A stretch of 64,000 nucleotides of DNA. It comes from Arcobacteraceae bacterium. GTDB taxonomy: Bacteria; Campylobacterota; Campylobacteria; Campylobacterales; Arcobacteraceae. How positions within the stretch are numbered: the stretch's first letter is position 1; each line of letters opens with the position of its first letter. Shown one piece after another: positions 40,928-51,127 of the stretch. Below the pieces are notes generated by a model. The model ran no database searches. It saw only the letters and a list, made by a program, of their open reading frames with translations, and had not been told where the DNA came from. Made by a program: the position numbers and the translations under genes. The stretch covers positions 576,001 to 640,000 of the forward strand of contig OY759974.1 in the NCBI GenBank assembly GCA_963662945.1, given 5' to 3'.

Positions 40928-41878
40928 TTAATTTAATATATAATAATTTATTGTTTGACTATCACTACTTACAAATAGCTCTTTATCATTTATAAATAGT
41001 ATTTGTGTAAGTGTCGCCTCTTGGGCACTTAAATTATATAAATACTTTTGTGTTTTTATATCAAATACTAAAACCTCATTTTGTTCATTATAAGCTATTG
41101 CACCTAAAGTTGCATTTGGACTTAAAGCACAGGCATACAATAAAAAACTAAAATCTAAACTATACACACTATTTTTTCCATATACTACTGCTTTTCTATC
41201 TTGTCCTGCTGTTAAAATCAACCCTTTTTTAAAATCCAGCTGATACACTCTATCAAGATTTAAAGCTTTTGGTGCATGTAATACTTGTCCGTTTTGAACA
41301 TTTAAAATTCTTACTATTCCACTTTCATCTGTATGAGAAAATTGTTTTTTGTCTTCACTTACCATAAAATGTGAAAATGAAGAAGGACTCACCTGAATAA
41401 GATAAATTTGTTTTTTATTTTTTATATCATAAAGCCCCACTTGATTACTTAGCAAACCAAATAAAACTAAATCAGGTGCAACAAAGGCGGCTTTTTGTAT
41501 AAACATTTTTTTATCTATACCAATCACTTTTTCTAGTTTTTCCTTTTCATATACAAAGATATTTCTATAGCCTTTCATACCTTGTGAAACTATTAATATT
41601 TTATTATCAATAAGATCAATAGAATATATTTTTGCAGCTATAGTATCTCCCATAAAATCTTTTATATCAGGTATCTTAATAGTTTTTATTTTTTCATTTG
41701 AAGTAATATCAAAAACCTCAACACTCCCATTGTCTGTTCCAGCATAAAGTTTTCCATCTTGAAAAACCATACTTTGTACAGTACCTGTTGCTTTAAATAC
41801 CTTTGCAGGAGATAGATTTTGTACTGCAAAAAGATTTAAGCTGAACAGTAAAAATATGAATAATAAGTTTTTAGCCAT
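40928..41878 (-). CDS. napL: WD40/beta-propeller periplasmic protein NapL
   Basis: Signal peptide, IKDFMG motif, position before napD; start at ATG 41878 (ORF track gives 41899). Confidence 0.8.
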   Translation of the reverse strand: MAKNLLFIFLLFSLNLFAVQNLSPAKVFKATGTVQSMVFQDGKLYAGTDNGSVEVFDITSNEKIKTIKIPDIKDFMGDTIAAKIYSIDLIDNKILIVSQGMKGYRNIFVYEKEKLEKVIGIDKKMFIQKAAFVAPDLVLFGLLSNQVGLYDIKNKKQIYLIQVSPSSFSHFMVSEDKKQFSHTDESGIVRILNVQNGQVLHAPKALNLDRVYQLDFKKGLILTAGQDRKAVVYGKNSVYSLDFSFLLYACALSPNATLGAIAYNEQNEVLVFDIKTQKYLYNLSAQEATLTQILFINDKELFVSSDSQTINYYILN

Positions 41879-42191
41879 TTGGATTGAACCCACTTTCATC
41901 TTGATTTTGTTGACTGATTTGCTCTATCTCATTTTGATATTCTTTTTGCAGTTCTTCCATTTTATTACTTAAATCTTGATAGTTTTTTGGAGAAAGAGTT
42001 TTTGATTTAGTCCATATAACTTCTATGTCAGCTGCATATTTACTACCAAGTTCTTCAATATTTTTTTTGTATTGCTCTAAATCTTTACAGACTACTGTTG
42101 TTTCTTCTAAAGTATCAGTTAATTCAATAAACCAATTCCCAAAAACATCTTCATCCACATATGATATAAATTTAACTGCCATTTTTTTCAT
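41871..42191 (-). CDS. Acidic hypothetical protein between napF and napL
   Basis: Overlaps both neighbours; AAGGA RBS. Confidence 0.65.
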   Translation of the reverse strand: MKKMAVKFISYVDEDVFGNWFIELTDTLEETTVVCKDLEQYKKNIEELGSKYAADIEVIWTKSKTLSPKNYQDLSNKMEELQKEYQNEIEQISQQNQDESGFNPNG

Positions 42192-42666
42192 CCTTTATTA
42201 GTATAGCGTCCGTTGGACATACATTAATACAAAAACCACAAGAGGTACATTTATCATTTAAGATACTTGGTTTGTATATACCTAAAAATTCTATTGCATC
42301 TTCCATACAAGGATCTTTACAACTAAAACACATTGTTCCATGCCAACTCATACATTTAAGTATATCTATTTCTACTGTTTGTTGAATATTTTTTTTATAT
42401 TCAATTTTTAAAACTTCATGTGGACATGCCACAGCACAAGCATCACAATAAGTACATCCACCAAGCTTAAAATCTAATTTTGGTGTTTTATCTTCTTGCA
42501 TTACTATAATTTTCTCTTCACAAAAAGTGCTACAAATACCATCGCATTCTACACACTCTTTAAGAAAGGAATCTTCTTCTTGAAAATATGGTGGCCTTAT
42601 AATTATCTCTTTTTTTTCTTTTGATTTAGAAGAAAAAAGAGAACCAAAAAGTTCTCTTCTATCCAA
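42172..42666 (-). CDS. napF: Ferredoxin-type protein NapF
   Basis: MDRRELF, IRPP, four Cys clusters. Confidence 0.85.
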   Translation of the reverse strand: MDRRELFGSLFSSKSKEKKEIIIRPPYFQEEDSFLKECVECDGICSTFCEEKIIVMQEDKTPKLDFKLGGCTYCDACAVACPHEVLKIEYKKNIQQTVEIDILKCMSWHGTMCFSCKDPCMEDAIEFLGIYKPSILNDKCTSCGFCINVCPTDAILIKDEKNGS

Positions 42667-42668
42667 GG

Positions 42669-43304
42669 TTATTCCCCCATTATTGTATCTAAACCTTCAG
42701 TAAGTTTAGAACCATTCCAACTTGATTTTGAAGCACCATCTTTACTTGTAAATTCTGGACTAAATGTGTTTTCTACAAGTTGTCCCTCACTTTGTGGTGC
42801 ATGACATTGGCTACAGTTAAATCTCGCATTTACAAGTGTATCTTTTTCTTGTATTGCAATCTCATTTTTCATATTATCAATACTTTTTTCAAACTTTTTC
42901 CCATCAAATTTATGATGTGGTCTAAAATTTGTAAAGTGAGATTTTGGAATTGGTGTTGCATTCATCCCAACAGCAACTTCTGGCATATGACACCCCACAC
43001 ACTGATTGTTTTCGATTGTAATTGGTAACATACCCTCTGTATCATGTGGTATCATAGGTGGTGCATCTTGAAATGCTCTTGCTATCTTTTTACCACTTCC
43101 CGCATACTCTTTACTATATTTTGTCTCTTCAGGTTTTACAACATTTTCGCTATATAAATCTACTTTTCGTAAACCTAAAGATTCTTCACTTACTAATTTA
43201 GCTGGTTTTACCTCTGTAGCTTTTTCTGGTGCACTATTACATCCAGTAAAAAACAAAACAGACCCAGTAACCACACTTAGACTAATTTTTATCATTGTTT
43301 TCAT
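42669..43304 (-). CDS. napB: Diheme cytochrome c subunit of periplasmic nitrate reductase
   Basis: APPMIPH, CVGCH and CSQCHAPQ motifs; lipobox-like FTGC. Confidence 0.93.
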   Translation of the reverse strand: MKTMIKISLSVVTGSVLFFTGCNSAPEKATEVKPAKLVSEESLGLRKVDLYSENVVKPEETKYSKEYAGSGKKIARAFQDAPPMIPHDTEGMLPITIENNQCVGCHMPEVAVGMNATPIPKSHFTNFRPHHKFDGKKFEKSIDNMKNEIAIQEKDTLVNARFNCSQCHAPQSEGQLVENTFSPEFTSKDGASKSSWNGSKLTEGLDTIMGE

Positions 43305-44121
43305 AACTCATCTCCTTAGTTTTTTGACTTATTAAATCTCTTATTGAGAAATTCAAAGCATCATCATCACAAACCTCTATACATCTTGCACAATTTGTAC
43401 ATTCACCACTCAAAACCTGTTCACTTGATTTTCCAACCATAAATAACACTTGACTTTCAGGACAAACTTCTTTACACTTCATACACAATGTACACTTTTC
43501 TTCTTCATGCTTTACTCGAATCAAACTAAATTGCCCAATCAAAGAGTAAAATCCACCCAATGGACAAATATGTCCACACCAACCATTTTTTAAAACAAAA
43601 AGGTCAAATAAGAATATAACTACAATAGCAGCCCATCCAAAACCCATTCCAAAAACAATACCTCTATGTACCATCGATATAGGAGAGATAAATTCAAAAG
43701 CAGTCACTCCAAAACCTACAGAGATAACAAGACTCAAAGCTATAACCCAATATCTCATACTTCTAGTAGCAGGTTGTCTTTTTTGTATTTGATTAAACCC
43801 TAATTTTCTACGTAAATAATTTGCACCATCTGTAATAATATTTACAGGACAAACCCAAGAACAAAAGGCACGACCACCAACAAGTCCATAGAATAAAACT
43901 GCAACTAAGGCACCTATAAATACATTGGATGCTATTAATGCACCTGCTGCAAACATTTGTAACACTGCATAAGGGTCACTCATAGGAATCGTATCTAATA
44001 TTAAAGAACTACTTAAATTTCCTACTATAAAATCCCAACCCCATGCATTTGCACCAAAATATAAAACCATCAAACCTATTTGAGAGATTCGTCTCAAGAT
44101 GAGATATTTATTTTTAATCAT
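43282..44121 (-). CDS. napH: Quinol dehydrogenase membrane subunit
   Basis: GRAFCSWVCP, WCGHICPLG and two 4Fe-4S motifs. Confidence 0.93.
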   Translation of the reverse strand: MIKNKYLILRRISQIGLMVLYFGANAWGWDFIVGNLSSSLILDTIPMSDPYAVLQMFAAGALIASNVFIGALVAVLFYGLVGGRAFCSWVCPVNIITDGANYLRRKLGFNQIQKRQPATRSMRYWVIALSLVISVGFGVTAFEFISPISMVHRGIVFGMGFGWAAIVVIFLFDLFVLKNGWCGHICPLGGFYSLIGQFSLIRVKHEEEKCTLCMKCKEVCPESQVLFMVGKSSEQVLSGECTNCARCIEVCDDDALNFSIRDLISQKTKEMSYENNDKN

Positions 44122-44917
44122 CTAAAAGCCCTCCCATATCATTTAATGAATCCACAGCTTTTTCTTTACTAAGCTCTGTTTTTGTTGTTTGACTTGTAGC
44201 ATTTTCAAGCCTTTTCTCATCATTTTTATCCCAACCTTTGATATAGTAATCTCCAGCTTTACCTAAAGCTATATCTCTTGGTAGTACAAAAATAGATGCT
44301 TTTTCAGTTACACAAGCCCTTTCACATAAACCACAACCTGTACAAAAATCACTATCTACAACAGGTTTTAAAAATGCATGTTTACCAGTTCTTTCATTTT
44401 TTTCATATTCTATTTTTATAGCCACATCTAACAATGGACATGCTCTATAACAAGCATCACACTGAATACCCCAAAAAGCTATACAGTTTTTAGTATCAAT
44501 AACAGCGATTCCCATATCTGCCATATTAATATCAAGTTGCCCATCAGATTTACTTACCTTTTTTATATCTAAAGCATCTGTGGGACAAACAGGCACACAC
44601 GGTATATCTGTACACATATAACAAGGAACTTCCCTTGGTGTAAAATACGGAGTACCTATTGGTTTATTATCTCCAGGTGCTGCTAATTTTAATGTATCAA
44701 ATGGACACGCTTCTACACACATTCCACATTTAATACAAGTTGCAAGAAAATCTTCCTCTTCTAAGGCTCCAGGGGGACGAAGCACGAATGAACTTGCTGT
44801 TACCTCATCAACATAAGCACTCCAAACTAAGCCACCTAAAGCAGCTAATCCTGTAGCTCTAGCTATCGTTAAAAAGAATTTTCTTCGATCAGTCATTGTA
44901 TCTTTCATAATCTTCAC
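44114..44917 (-). CDS. napG: Quinol dehydrogenase periplasmic Fe-S subunit
   Basis: Tat DRRKF, LRPPGA and CIKCGMCVEACP motifs. Confidence 0.93.
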   Translation of the reverse strand: MKIMKDTMTDRRKFFLTIARATGLAALGGLVWSAYVDEVTASSFVLRPPGALEEEDFLATCIKCGMCVEACPFDTLKLAAPGDNKPIGTPYFTPREVPCYMCTDIPCVPVCPTDALDIKKVSKSDGQLDINMADMGIAVIDTKNCIAFWGIQCDACYRACPLLDVAIKIEYEKNERTGKHAFLKPVVDSDFCTGCGLCERACVTEKASIFVLPRDIALGKAGDYYIKGWDKNDEKRLENATSQTTKTELSKEKAVDSLNDMGGLLDD

Positions 44918-44930
44918 TTCTTGTTTTTAA

Positions 44931-44958
44931 AAGTAATTAGTCTAAAGACTAACTACTT
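44931..44958 (-). other. Intercistronic hairpin between napA and napG
   Basis: AAGTAATTAGTC-TAAA-GACTAACTACTT imperfect inverted repeat. Confidence 0.5.
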
Positions 44959-44964
44959 AAATAT

Positions 44965-47781
44965 TTATGCTTGGTAAATTTTTACAGCACACTTTTTAAA
45001 GTCAGTTTGTTTTGACTGTGGACAAGTTGCATCAAGACAAACTTTATTGATAAATACTTTTTCATCAAACCATGGTACGAATACAAGTCCTCGTGAAGGT
45101 CGATTTCTACCTCTAGTTTCAACTCTCGCTTTTACTTTTCCTCTTCTAGATTCTACCCAACAAAGACCACCTTGTTTGAGTCCTTTTGCAGCTGCATCTT
45201 CTGGGTGTATATAACATAAAGCTTCTGGAACAGCTCTATAAAGTTCAGGAACTCTCATTGTCATAGTACCACTATGCCAGTGTTCTAGTACTCTCCCTGT
45301 ACATAACCAAGTATCGTACTCACTATCTGGTATTTCTGGTGGATCCATATATGGTCTTGCAAATATTTTAGCTTTATTTGTTAACGCTTTTTTGTTTTTA
45401 TCTTTTACACCATTTAAGTCACCATAAGGTAATGCTTTGGCTAACTTACCATAAAATGCAAACTCTGTATGTCCCGTCTCTTTTCCATATTTTTTAGCAT
45501 AAGGGTCATATTTTGCATTAAATCTCCATTGAGTCTCTTTTCCATCAACAACTGGCCATTTAAGTCCTCTTACCCTATGATAAGTATCAAAGTCTGCTAA
45601 ATCATGAGCATGTCCTCTACCAAACCATGCGTATTCTTCAAATAAGTACTTTTGGATAAAGAATCCATACCCTTTCCAAGCTTTACCGTCTGATCCTAAA
45701 ACATTTCTACTATCTCCAAAACCTTCAGTATTATCATAGCCTTTTTGGATAGGATCATTTTGATCTAGTTTATAACTTCTAGCTTCATCATTTGCAAAAA
45801 GGATATCAAACATTGTTGTATCTTCATTGTATCCCATTGCCTTTGCTTTTTCAATAATATTTGGTAATGCTTCTTTTCTTGGACCACTTGGTGCATAAGA
45901 ACCCCAAACATCTTTAACAGTAAACCTTTTTGACAATTCAACCCATTGCCAAGTATCAGACATAGCATCACCTACTGGTAAAACTTGTTGTCTCCAATGT
46001 TGTGTTCTTCTTTCCGCATTTCCATATGCTCCCCATTTTTCATAAATCATTGCAGATGGTAAAATAAGGTCACTAACTTTTGCAGAAATACCAGGATATC
46101 CATCAGATGTTACGATAAAATTATCCATCTCACGTGCAGCTTTAATCCAGTGTTTTGCTGATGCTGTATCTTGATAAGGATTACATACATTTACCCAAGC
46201 AAACTTAATAAGTCCATCTTCAATATCTCTATGGATTCTCATTATATCTTGAGTTCCAACAGGATTAATTGTACCCTCTGGTACTTTCCATCTATCTTCA
46301 GTGATTTTTCTATGTTTTGGATTTGCTACCATCATATCAGCAGGCAATCTATGACAGAACGTACCAACCTCTCTAGCAGTTCCACAAGCAGATGGTTGTC
46401 CCGTAAGTGAGAATGCACCACTTCCTGGTTTTGCTTGTTTATTCAATAAGAAGTGAACATTGTACGAAAGTGTATTTACCCATGTACCTCTTGTATGTTG
46501 GTTCATACCCATTGTCCAGAAACTTACAACTTTTCTGTCTTTTTCAATATAATATGAAGCTAATGTTTTAAGTTTTTTCTTAAACTCTTCAATATCTTCA
46601 TCAGGATTTCCTTTAGATATTTTTGCTACATAATCAAGTGTATAAGGAGCAAGAAATTTTTTATACTCTTCAAAAGAAATTTCCCAGTGAGCTAAACCTG
46701 CTGGTTTATTCTCCATTACATCACCCTCTTTATATCCAAAAGGCTCTAATGCTGGTGCTTCAGTAGCTGAAACTACTTTTTTCATCTCTTTTGAAATAGT
46801 CTCCATCTCTTTTGCTGTATATTTTCCATCTTTAAGAGCTTGTTCTCCATCTCTTCTCATACCATACCCTGTATTTACAGGTTGTGAACAGAAAATCATA
46901 TGTTTGTTTACAAAGTCCCAATCAATAGACTCTGGATGATTATACACTATCTCATGTGCGATATAGTTCCAAAGTGCCAAGTCAGTATTTGGTGTAAAAA
47001 TAATCTCGATATCAGCAAGGTCTGAAGTCCTATGTCTATATGTAGAGATATTTACAACTTTTACTCTATCTGGATCAGATAGTTTTCTATCCGTAACCCT
47101 AGACCATAAAATCGGATGCATCTCTGCCATATTTGAACCCCATGATACAACTGTATCAGTAATCTCAATATCATCATAACAACCACTTGGTTCGTCAATA
47201 CCAAAAGTTTGATAAAATCCAACAACCGCAGATGCCATACAGTGTCTTGCATTTGGATCAAAAGCATTTGATCTAAATCCACCTTTCATCATTTTTTGAG
47301 CTGCATATCCTTCCATAACAGTATATTGCCCACTTGCAAATACACCAACACCCTCTGGTCCACTCGCTTTAAGTGCTTTTTTAATGTGAATTTCCATCTC
47401 ATCAAATGCTCTTTTCCAAGATACAGGTGCAAATTTTCCATTTTTATCAAACTCACCTTTTGCATTTACTCTTAAAAGTGGTGTTTTAAGTCTATCAGCC
47501 CCATACATGATTTTTGCATTAAAGTATCCTTTAATACAATTAAGCCCTCTGTTAACAGGTGCAGCTGGGTCACCCTTTACTGCTACTATCTTACCCTCTT
47601 TTGTAGCCATCATAATTCCACAACCTGTACCACAAAATCTACAAGCTGCTTTATCCCAACGCCAACCAGCTTCAGCCGTGTTTGCAGCAGCGCTTAAATT
47701 ACTTGGTACACTCATACCAACAGCAGCAGCAGCTGAAGCAGCAGCTGAACTTTTTAGAAAGTCTCTTCTTGAAAGTGCCAT
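44965..47781 (-). CDS. napA: Periplasmic nitrate reductase catalytic subunit
   Basis: Tat [23 protein letters not shown] and TGRVLEHWH motifs. Confidence 0.98.
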   Translation of the reverse strand: MALSRRDFLKSSAAASAAAAVGMSVPSNLSAAANTAEAGWRWDKAACRFCGTGCGIMMATKEGKIVAVKGDPAAPVNRGLNCIKGYFNAKIMYGADRLKTPLLRVNAKGEFDKNGKFAPVSWKRAFDEMEIHIKKALKASGPEGVGVFASGQYTVMEGYAAQKMMKGGFRSNAFDPNARHCMASAVVGFYQTFGIDEPSGCYDDIEITDTVVSWGSNMAEMHPILWSRVTDRKLSDPDRVKVVNISTYRHRTSDLADIEIIFTPNTDLALWNYIAHEIVYNHPESIDWDFVNKHMIFCSQPVNTGYGMRRDGEQALKDGKYTAKEMETISKEMKKVVSATEAPALEPFGYKEGDVMENKPAGLAHWEISFEEYKKFLAPYTLDYVAKISKGNPDEDIEEFKKKLKTLASYYIEKDRKVVSFWTMGMNQHTRGTWVNTLSYNVHFLLNKQAKPGSGAFSLTGQPSACGTAREVGTFCHRLPADMMVANPKHRKITEDRWKVPEGTINPVGTQDIMRIHRDIEDGLIKFAWVNVCNPYQDTASAKHWIKAAREMDNFIVTSDGYPGISAKVSDLILPSAMIYEKWGAYGNAERRTQHWRQQVLPVGDAMSDTWQWVELSKRFTVKDVWGSYAPSGPRKEALPNIIEKAKAMGYNEDTTMFDILFANDEARSYKLDQNDPIQKGYDNTEGFGDSRNVLGSDGKAWKGYGFFIQKYLFEEYAWFGRGHAHDLADFDTYHRVRGLKWPVVDGKETQWRFNAKYDPYAKKYGKETGHTEFAFYGKLAKALPYGDLNGVKDKNKKALTNKAKIFARPYMDPPEIPDSEYDTWLCTGRVLEHWHSGTMTMRVPELYRAVPEALCYIHPEDAAAKGLKQGGLCWVESRRGKVKARVETRGRNRPSRGLVFVPWFDEKVFINKVCLDATCPQSKQTDFKKCAVKIYQA

Positions 47782-47847
47782 GTTTTCTCCTTTTTATATG
47801 TTTGTCCTTAAACAATAAAAGTTTAACACTATAAATAATTAATTATC

Positions 47848-47861
47848 TTGACCTTAGTCAA
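47848..47861 (-). promoter_or_regulatory. FNR/Nss-type box for the napA promoter
   Basis: TTGACCTTAGTCAA; 22 nt from minus-strand TAAACT (47820-47825). Confidence 0.75.
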
Positions 47862-47959
47862 TTATATTAATTATTAAACCTAAACAACTAAATTTTATTG
47901 TAACAACTCTCAACTTAAGATTTTAATTTTTTAAAATTATAATTTAACAATAAATATAT

Positions 47960-48001
47960 TTGATGTAAGTCATACTTTTTTTGATTTTATTTTTATAGAA
48001 T
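47960..48001 (+). promoter_or_regulatory. Class II FNR-type promoter of candidate sRNA 1
   Basis: TTGATGTAAGTCAT (47960-47973) + 22 nt + TAGAAT (47996-48001). Confidence 0.7.
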
Positions 48002-48006
48002 TTCGT

Positions 48007-48076
48007 AAATTAAAAACCGCTTGTTTTTTACGGACCCTCCTAAAGTCATAAAGTTTCTTTCGGTTTTTAGTTTTTT
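48007..48076 (+). ncRNA. Candidate small RNA 1 (anti-SD loop)
   Basis: 13-bp closing stem AAATTAAAAACCG/CGGTTTTTAGTTT; inner GAC-CCTCCTAAA-GTC hairpin; paralog at 49529. Confidence 0.6.
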
Positions 48077-48165
48077 GCATATTGAACTTAAATATAATTT
48101 TATTAAGTTAAGCACTTTTATTTATTAGTGTGTGATACCTATAATAAAAAAACTTTTTTAAGAAT

Positions 48166-48603
48166 TTAATTAAGTATCCCAGCACCATCAATAGCAGTGC
48201 TTCTATCTTGGGCATACACTCTTTCACCCTTGATAATATCATATTTCCATATAGGAGCACTAGCTTTAAAGTCTTCTACAAACTCATCAATAAGCTCTAG
48301 TGCAACTCTTCTTTTTGGGCTACATACTGCTGCTATATAGGAGCTTGTATGATTTGGAACATCACCTCGACTATGAGCCATCAGTACTATTGCATTTTTC
48401 TCTTTTGCTTTTATCTGCCAAGATTCAAACCAAGAGTTTAAGATAGGCTCATAGATATCAAAACTCAAACCATCAATTCCATCTTCATCTCGAACTACTC
48501 CAACAAAAGTGATAATTGCTCCAAAATTAGAAAGTCTAAAATTGTTATACCACTTGTTTGTTATTTTTTCTACCTCTAAGCTACCATCATATAACTCTAA
48601 CAA
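48166..48603 (-). CDS. moaE: Molybdopterin synthase catalytic subunit
   Basis: GAIITFVGVVR and FKASAPIWK motifs. Confidence 0.9.
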   Translation of the reverse strand: MLELYDGSLEVEKITNKWYNNFRLSNFGAIITFVGVVRDEDGIDGLSFDIYEPILNSWFESWQIKAKEKNAIVLMAHSRGDVPNHTSSYIAAVCSPKRRVALELIDEFVEDFKASAPIWKYDIIKGERVYAQDRSTAIDGAGILN

Positions 48604-48680
48604 AATTATTCCTTTTTAAATTTTAATTTTATACCTGAGTTTTTTATGCTAAAGCATATAAAAAAACTCCTCCTAAGTTA

Positions 48681-48707
48681 AAAAAGCAAAGCAGTTTGCT
48701 TTTTCTT
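48681..48707 (-). terminator. Terminator-like hairpin after moaD
   Basis: AAAAAGCAAA-GCAG-TTTGCTTTTT inverted repeat. Confidence 0.55.
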
Positions 48708-48712
48708 AACAC

Positions 48713-48934
48713 TTATCCGCCACATACAGGAGGAAGTAAAGATACTTTATCTCCATCTTTGAGTATTTTATTTTTATCTTTTACTAAAGTGTCATTTACT
48801 GCAACTGCACTATTGTTTAACCAGCTTTTTAAATTTTCATCTTGTTTTAAAATTTCACTTAATTCATTAAGGTTTTGTATATCAACACTTATTGGTTTTT
48901 TATTGATTGGTCCTAAAAATTCTATTGTTACCAT
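48713..48934 (-). CDS. moaD: Molybdopterin synthase sulfur carrier
   Basis: [17 protein letters not shown] with C-terminal GG. Confidence 0.92.
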   Translation of the reverse strand: MVTIEFLGPINKKPISVDIQNLNELSEILKQDENLKSWLNNSAVAVNDTLVKDKNKILKDGDKVSLLPPVCGG

Positions 48935-49422
48935 AATCTATCCTCCTTCTCTCTATTAAAATCTCCAGATTTTCCACCACTTTTATGTTCAAGTTGTAGA
49001 TTTGATATTATCATACCTTTATCTATTGCTTTTACCATATCATAAATAGTAAGTAATCCTATAGATACTCCTGTTAGTGCTTCCATCTCTACACCTGTTT
49101 GTCCTTTAAGTTTTGCTGTAACTGTTAGTTTAAATCCTGGCAACTCATCTAATTGTTCTACATCACAATTAATACCTGTTAGTAGTAGTGGATGGCACAT
49201 AGGAATAAGTTCAGGTGTTTTTTTTGTTCCCATAATTGCTGCAACTACTGCTGTTTGTATTACAGGTCCTTTTTTATTTTGATTTGATATTACATTTTGA
49301 AATGCAACATTGCTCATAGATATAATTCCACTTGCAACAGCAACTCTTGTAGTATCCTCTTTAGAAGAAACATCTACCATTTTGGGTCGATGGTTTTGGT
49401 CTAAATGTGTTAAGTTATTCAT
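48928..49422 (-). CDS. moaC: Cyclic pyranopterin monophosphate synthase
   Basis: [22 protein letters not shown] and YDMVKA motifs. Confidence 0.95.
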   Translation of the reverse strand: MNNLTHLDQNHRPKMVDVSSKEDTTRVAVASGIISMSNVAFQNVISNQNKKGPVIQTAVVAAIMGTKKTPELIPMCHPLLLTGINCDVEQLDELPGFKLTVTAKLKGQTGVEMEALTGVSIGLLTIYDMVKAIDKGMIISNLQLEHKSGGKSGDFNREKEDRLW

Positions 49423-49480
49423 TGTTTTATCTTTCCTATTTTTTAAAACTAATCACAAAGTAAAATATTTATAATTCTCT

Positions 49481-49522
49481 TTGATGTAAGTCATAGCATT
49501 GAATATAATTTATTTATATAAT
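49481..49522 (+). promoter_or_regulatory. Class II FNR-type promoter of candidate sRNA 2
   Basis: TTGATGTAAGTCAT (49481-49494, identical to the 47960 box) + 22 nt + TATAAT (49517-49522). Confidence 0.7.
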
Positions 49523-49528
49523 GTTACT

Positions 49529-49618
49529 AGTAAATTAAAAACCGATTATTGTTCAATATCCTTGTCTCCTAAAGTTAAAGCAAAGAAGTTACAATATTTA
49601 ATTGGTTTTTAATTTCTA
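49529..49618 (+). ncRNA. Candidate small RNA 2 (anti-SD loop)
   Basis: 17-bp closing stem AAATTAAAAACCGATTA/TAATTGGTTTTTAATTT; central TCTCCTAAAGT. Confidence 0.6.
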
Positions 49619-49624
49619 AGGATA

Positions 49625-49951
49625 TTATTGGTATTCTATAACAGTATAAAAAATATTATCTTCTAAAAAGCACTCTTTTACTGTATAGCCATCTTTTAAC
49701 TTTAAAAATGGTTTTAAAGAGTTATTTGAAGAGACTACTAAGCGATCATTGTTTTGCAATAATGTTTGTCCAATTTGGATATTGTGTAAGATCTCTTCTC
49801 TTTGAAGATATATTCCCTCAAAACAATAATGTATACCATCTTCTTGTTTTACTTTATAAAAATCTACTGTTGTCTCAGGAAGTATAGATTTATTTGTATC
49901 TTCTACTACTCCGCCACTACATAGACAAGCTCCTGTTCCACAACTTTCCAT
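49625..49951 (-). CDS. Hypothetical protein with N-terminal CGTGACLC motif
   Basis: AAGGA RBS and its own FNR-type promoter. Confidence 0.65.
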   Translation of the reverse strand: MESCGTGACLCSGGVVEDTNKSILPETTVDFYKVKQEDGIHYCFEGIYLQREEILHNIQIGQTLLQNNDRLVVSSNNSLKPFLKLKDGYTVKECFLEDNIFYTVIEYQ

Positions 49952-50008
49952 TTTTTATCCTTTTTTGTTAATTTTGAATAATTTTAGCTTTTTTAGTATG
50001 ATTTTAAA

Positions 50009-50022
50009 TTGACCCATATCAA
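50009..50022 (-). promoter_or_regulatory. FNR/Nss-type box
   Basis: TTGACCCATATCAA; 22 nt from minus-strand TAAAAT (49981-49986). Confidence 0.75.
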
Positions 50023-50035
50023 AAATTTTTACTAT

Positions 50036-50374
50036 CTATTTTGATTCATAAAGATAAGTTGCAATTTTTTCTAAAGTATCTTTGTCGTACCCAAGCTCTG
50101 GCATAATCTCATATTTTTCTATCATATCCTGCATAATTGAGCCTTCATGAAAAGGTTTATAAACCCAATTCACCATATAATTTACAAACTCTTTTTTCTC
50201 TCCAAAAGCTTCGTGGTATCTCTGTTTTATCATTTTTAAAGAGGGTGCTGAGATATTTTTTGTTTCATGATGACAAGTGATACAGTTACCATACAAAAGT
50301 AATCTTCCATAGGAATCTGCATAACCCAAGCTTGTACTGAATAGTAGTATTAAAACTAAATGTATTGTTTTCAT
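50036..50374 (-). CDS. Monoheme cytochrome c
   Basis: Signal peptide, CITCH, distal MP. Confidence 0.85.
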   Translation of the reverse strand: MKTIHLVLILLFSTSLGYADSYGRLLLYGNCITCHHETKNISAPSLKMIKQRYHEAFGEKKEFVNYMVNWVYKPFHEGSIMQDMIEKYEIMPELGYDKDTLEKIATYLYESK

Positions 50375-50437
50375 AATATATCTTTCTCTTATTATTTTTA
50401 TTATTTATTATAATATCTTAAATATAATTATTTGTAA

Positions 50438-50451
50438 TTGACATATATCAA
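50438..50451 (+). promoter_or_regulatory. FNR/Nss-type box between divergent genes
   Basis: TTGACATATATCAA; 22 nt before TAAAAT (50474-50479). Confidence 0.75.
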
Positions 50452-50485
50452 AAAAAAATCCATTTTTTTTCTATAAAATTAACCT

Positions 50486-51097
50486 ATGAAAAAAATAAAT
50501 AGTATCAGTAATACAAGAATAAAACCAAAACTTCTAAGGGAACAAAAAACAGAAGCACTATTAGTTTTTATTCGAACTACCTTAGAGCAAATCAACTATC
50601 AAGAAAACTGTATAGAACTAGGCTCTTTGGAAGATAGAAACTATATTCAAAAAACTTTACAAGAACTACTTGAAAATCTTCAAAAATATGTTGTCAATTC
50701 TTCCTATCTTCAATACCTTATAGACAATAGTCATACAAGTAAGAAGCTTTCTATACTACTTATTACAGAAATGCCTCTTATTACTTATTATAGTGATCTT
50801 TCAAGAGTTATGAAACACAAACTACTAAGTGGAACAAGATGGATACCGCAGCTCATAGTGATAGCACTGTTAAGTGAATGGATACTAGAAGAGGAAAAAT
50901 CTATGCATCTTTACCCTTTTTTACAAAATATTGACTATCTAGATTTAATAGAAAGATATGATAAAATAAAGCAAAGTGAAACATCAAAAAATAAAACAAC
51001 AATTATGAAAATGTATAAACTATCTACACTTTTAATCCAAAAACTCAAACTTTCATCGTATAAGATAAAAAAATCTAAAAAAAAGAAAAAAAGATAA
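50486..51097 (+). CDS. Hypothetical helical protein with basic C-terminal tail
   Basis: 203-aa ORF; no recognised motif; ATG sits at the predicted +1. Confidence 0.65.
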   Translation: MKKINSISNTRIKPKLLREQKTEALLVFIRTTLEQINYQENCIELGSLEDRNYIQKTLQELLENLQKYVVNSSYLQYLIDNSHTSKKLSILLITEMPLITYYSDLSRVMKHKLLSGTRWIPQLIVIALLSEWILEEEKSMHLYPFLQNIDYLDLIERYDKIKQSETSKNKTTIMKMYKLSTLLIQKLKLSSYKIKKSKKKKKR

Positions 51098-51127
51098 CTA
51101 CCACCAATGAATAGAGATTTATATAAT

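Noticed and set aside
48007-49618. Moco riboswitches on the minus strand (the elements lie upstream of napA and moaC)
   Set aside because: I could not match Moco-motif features, napA has its own promoter downstream of element 1, and the promoter geometry points to + strand transcription; an Rfam search is needed to close this.
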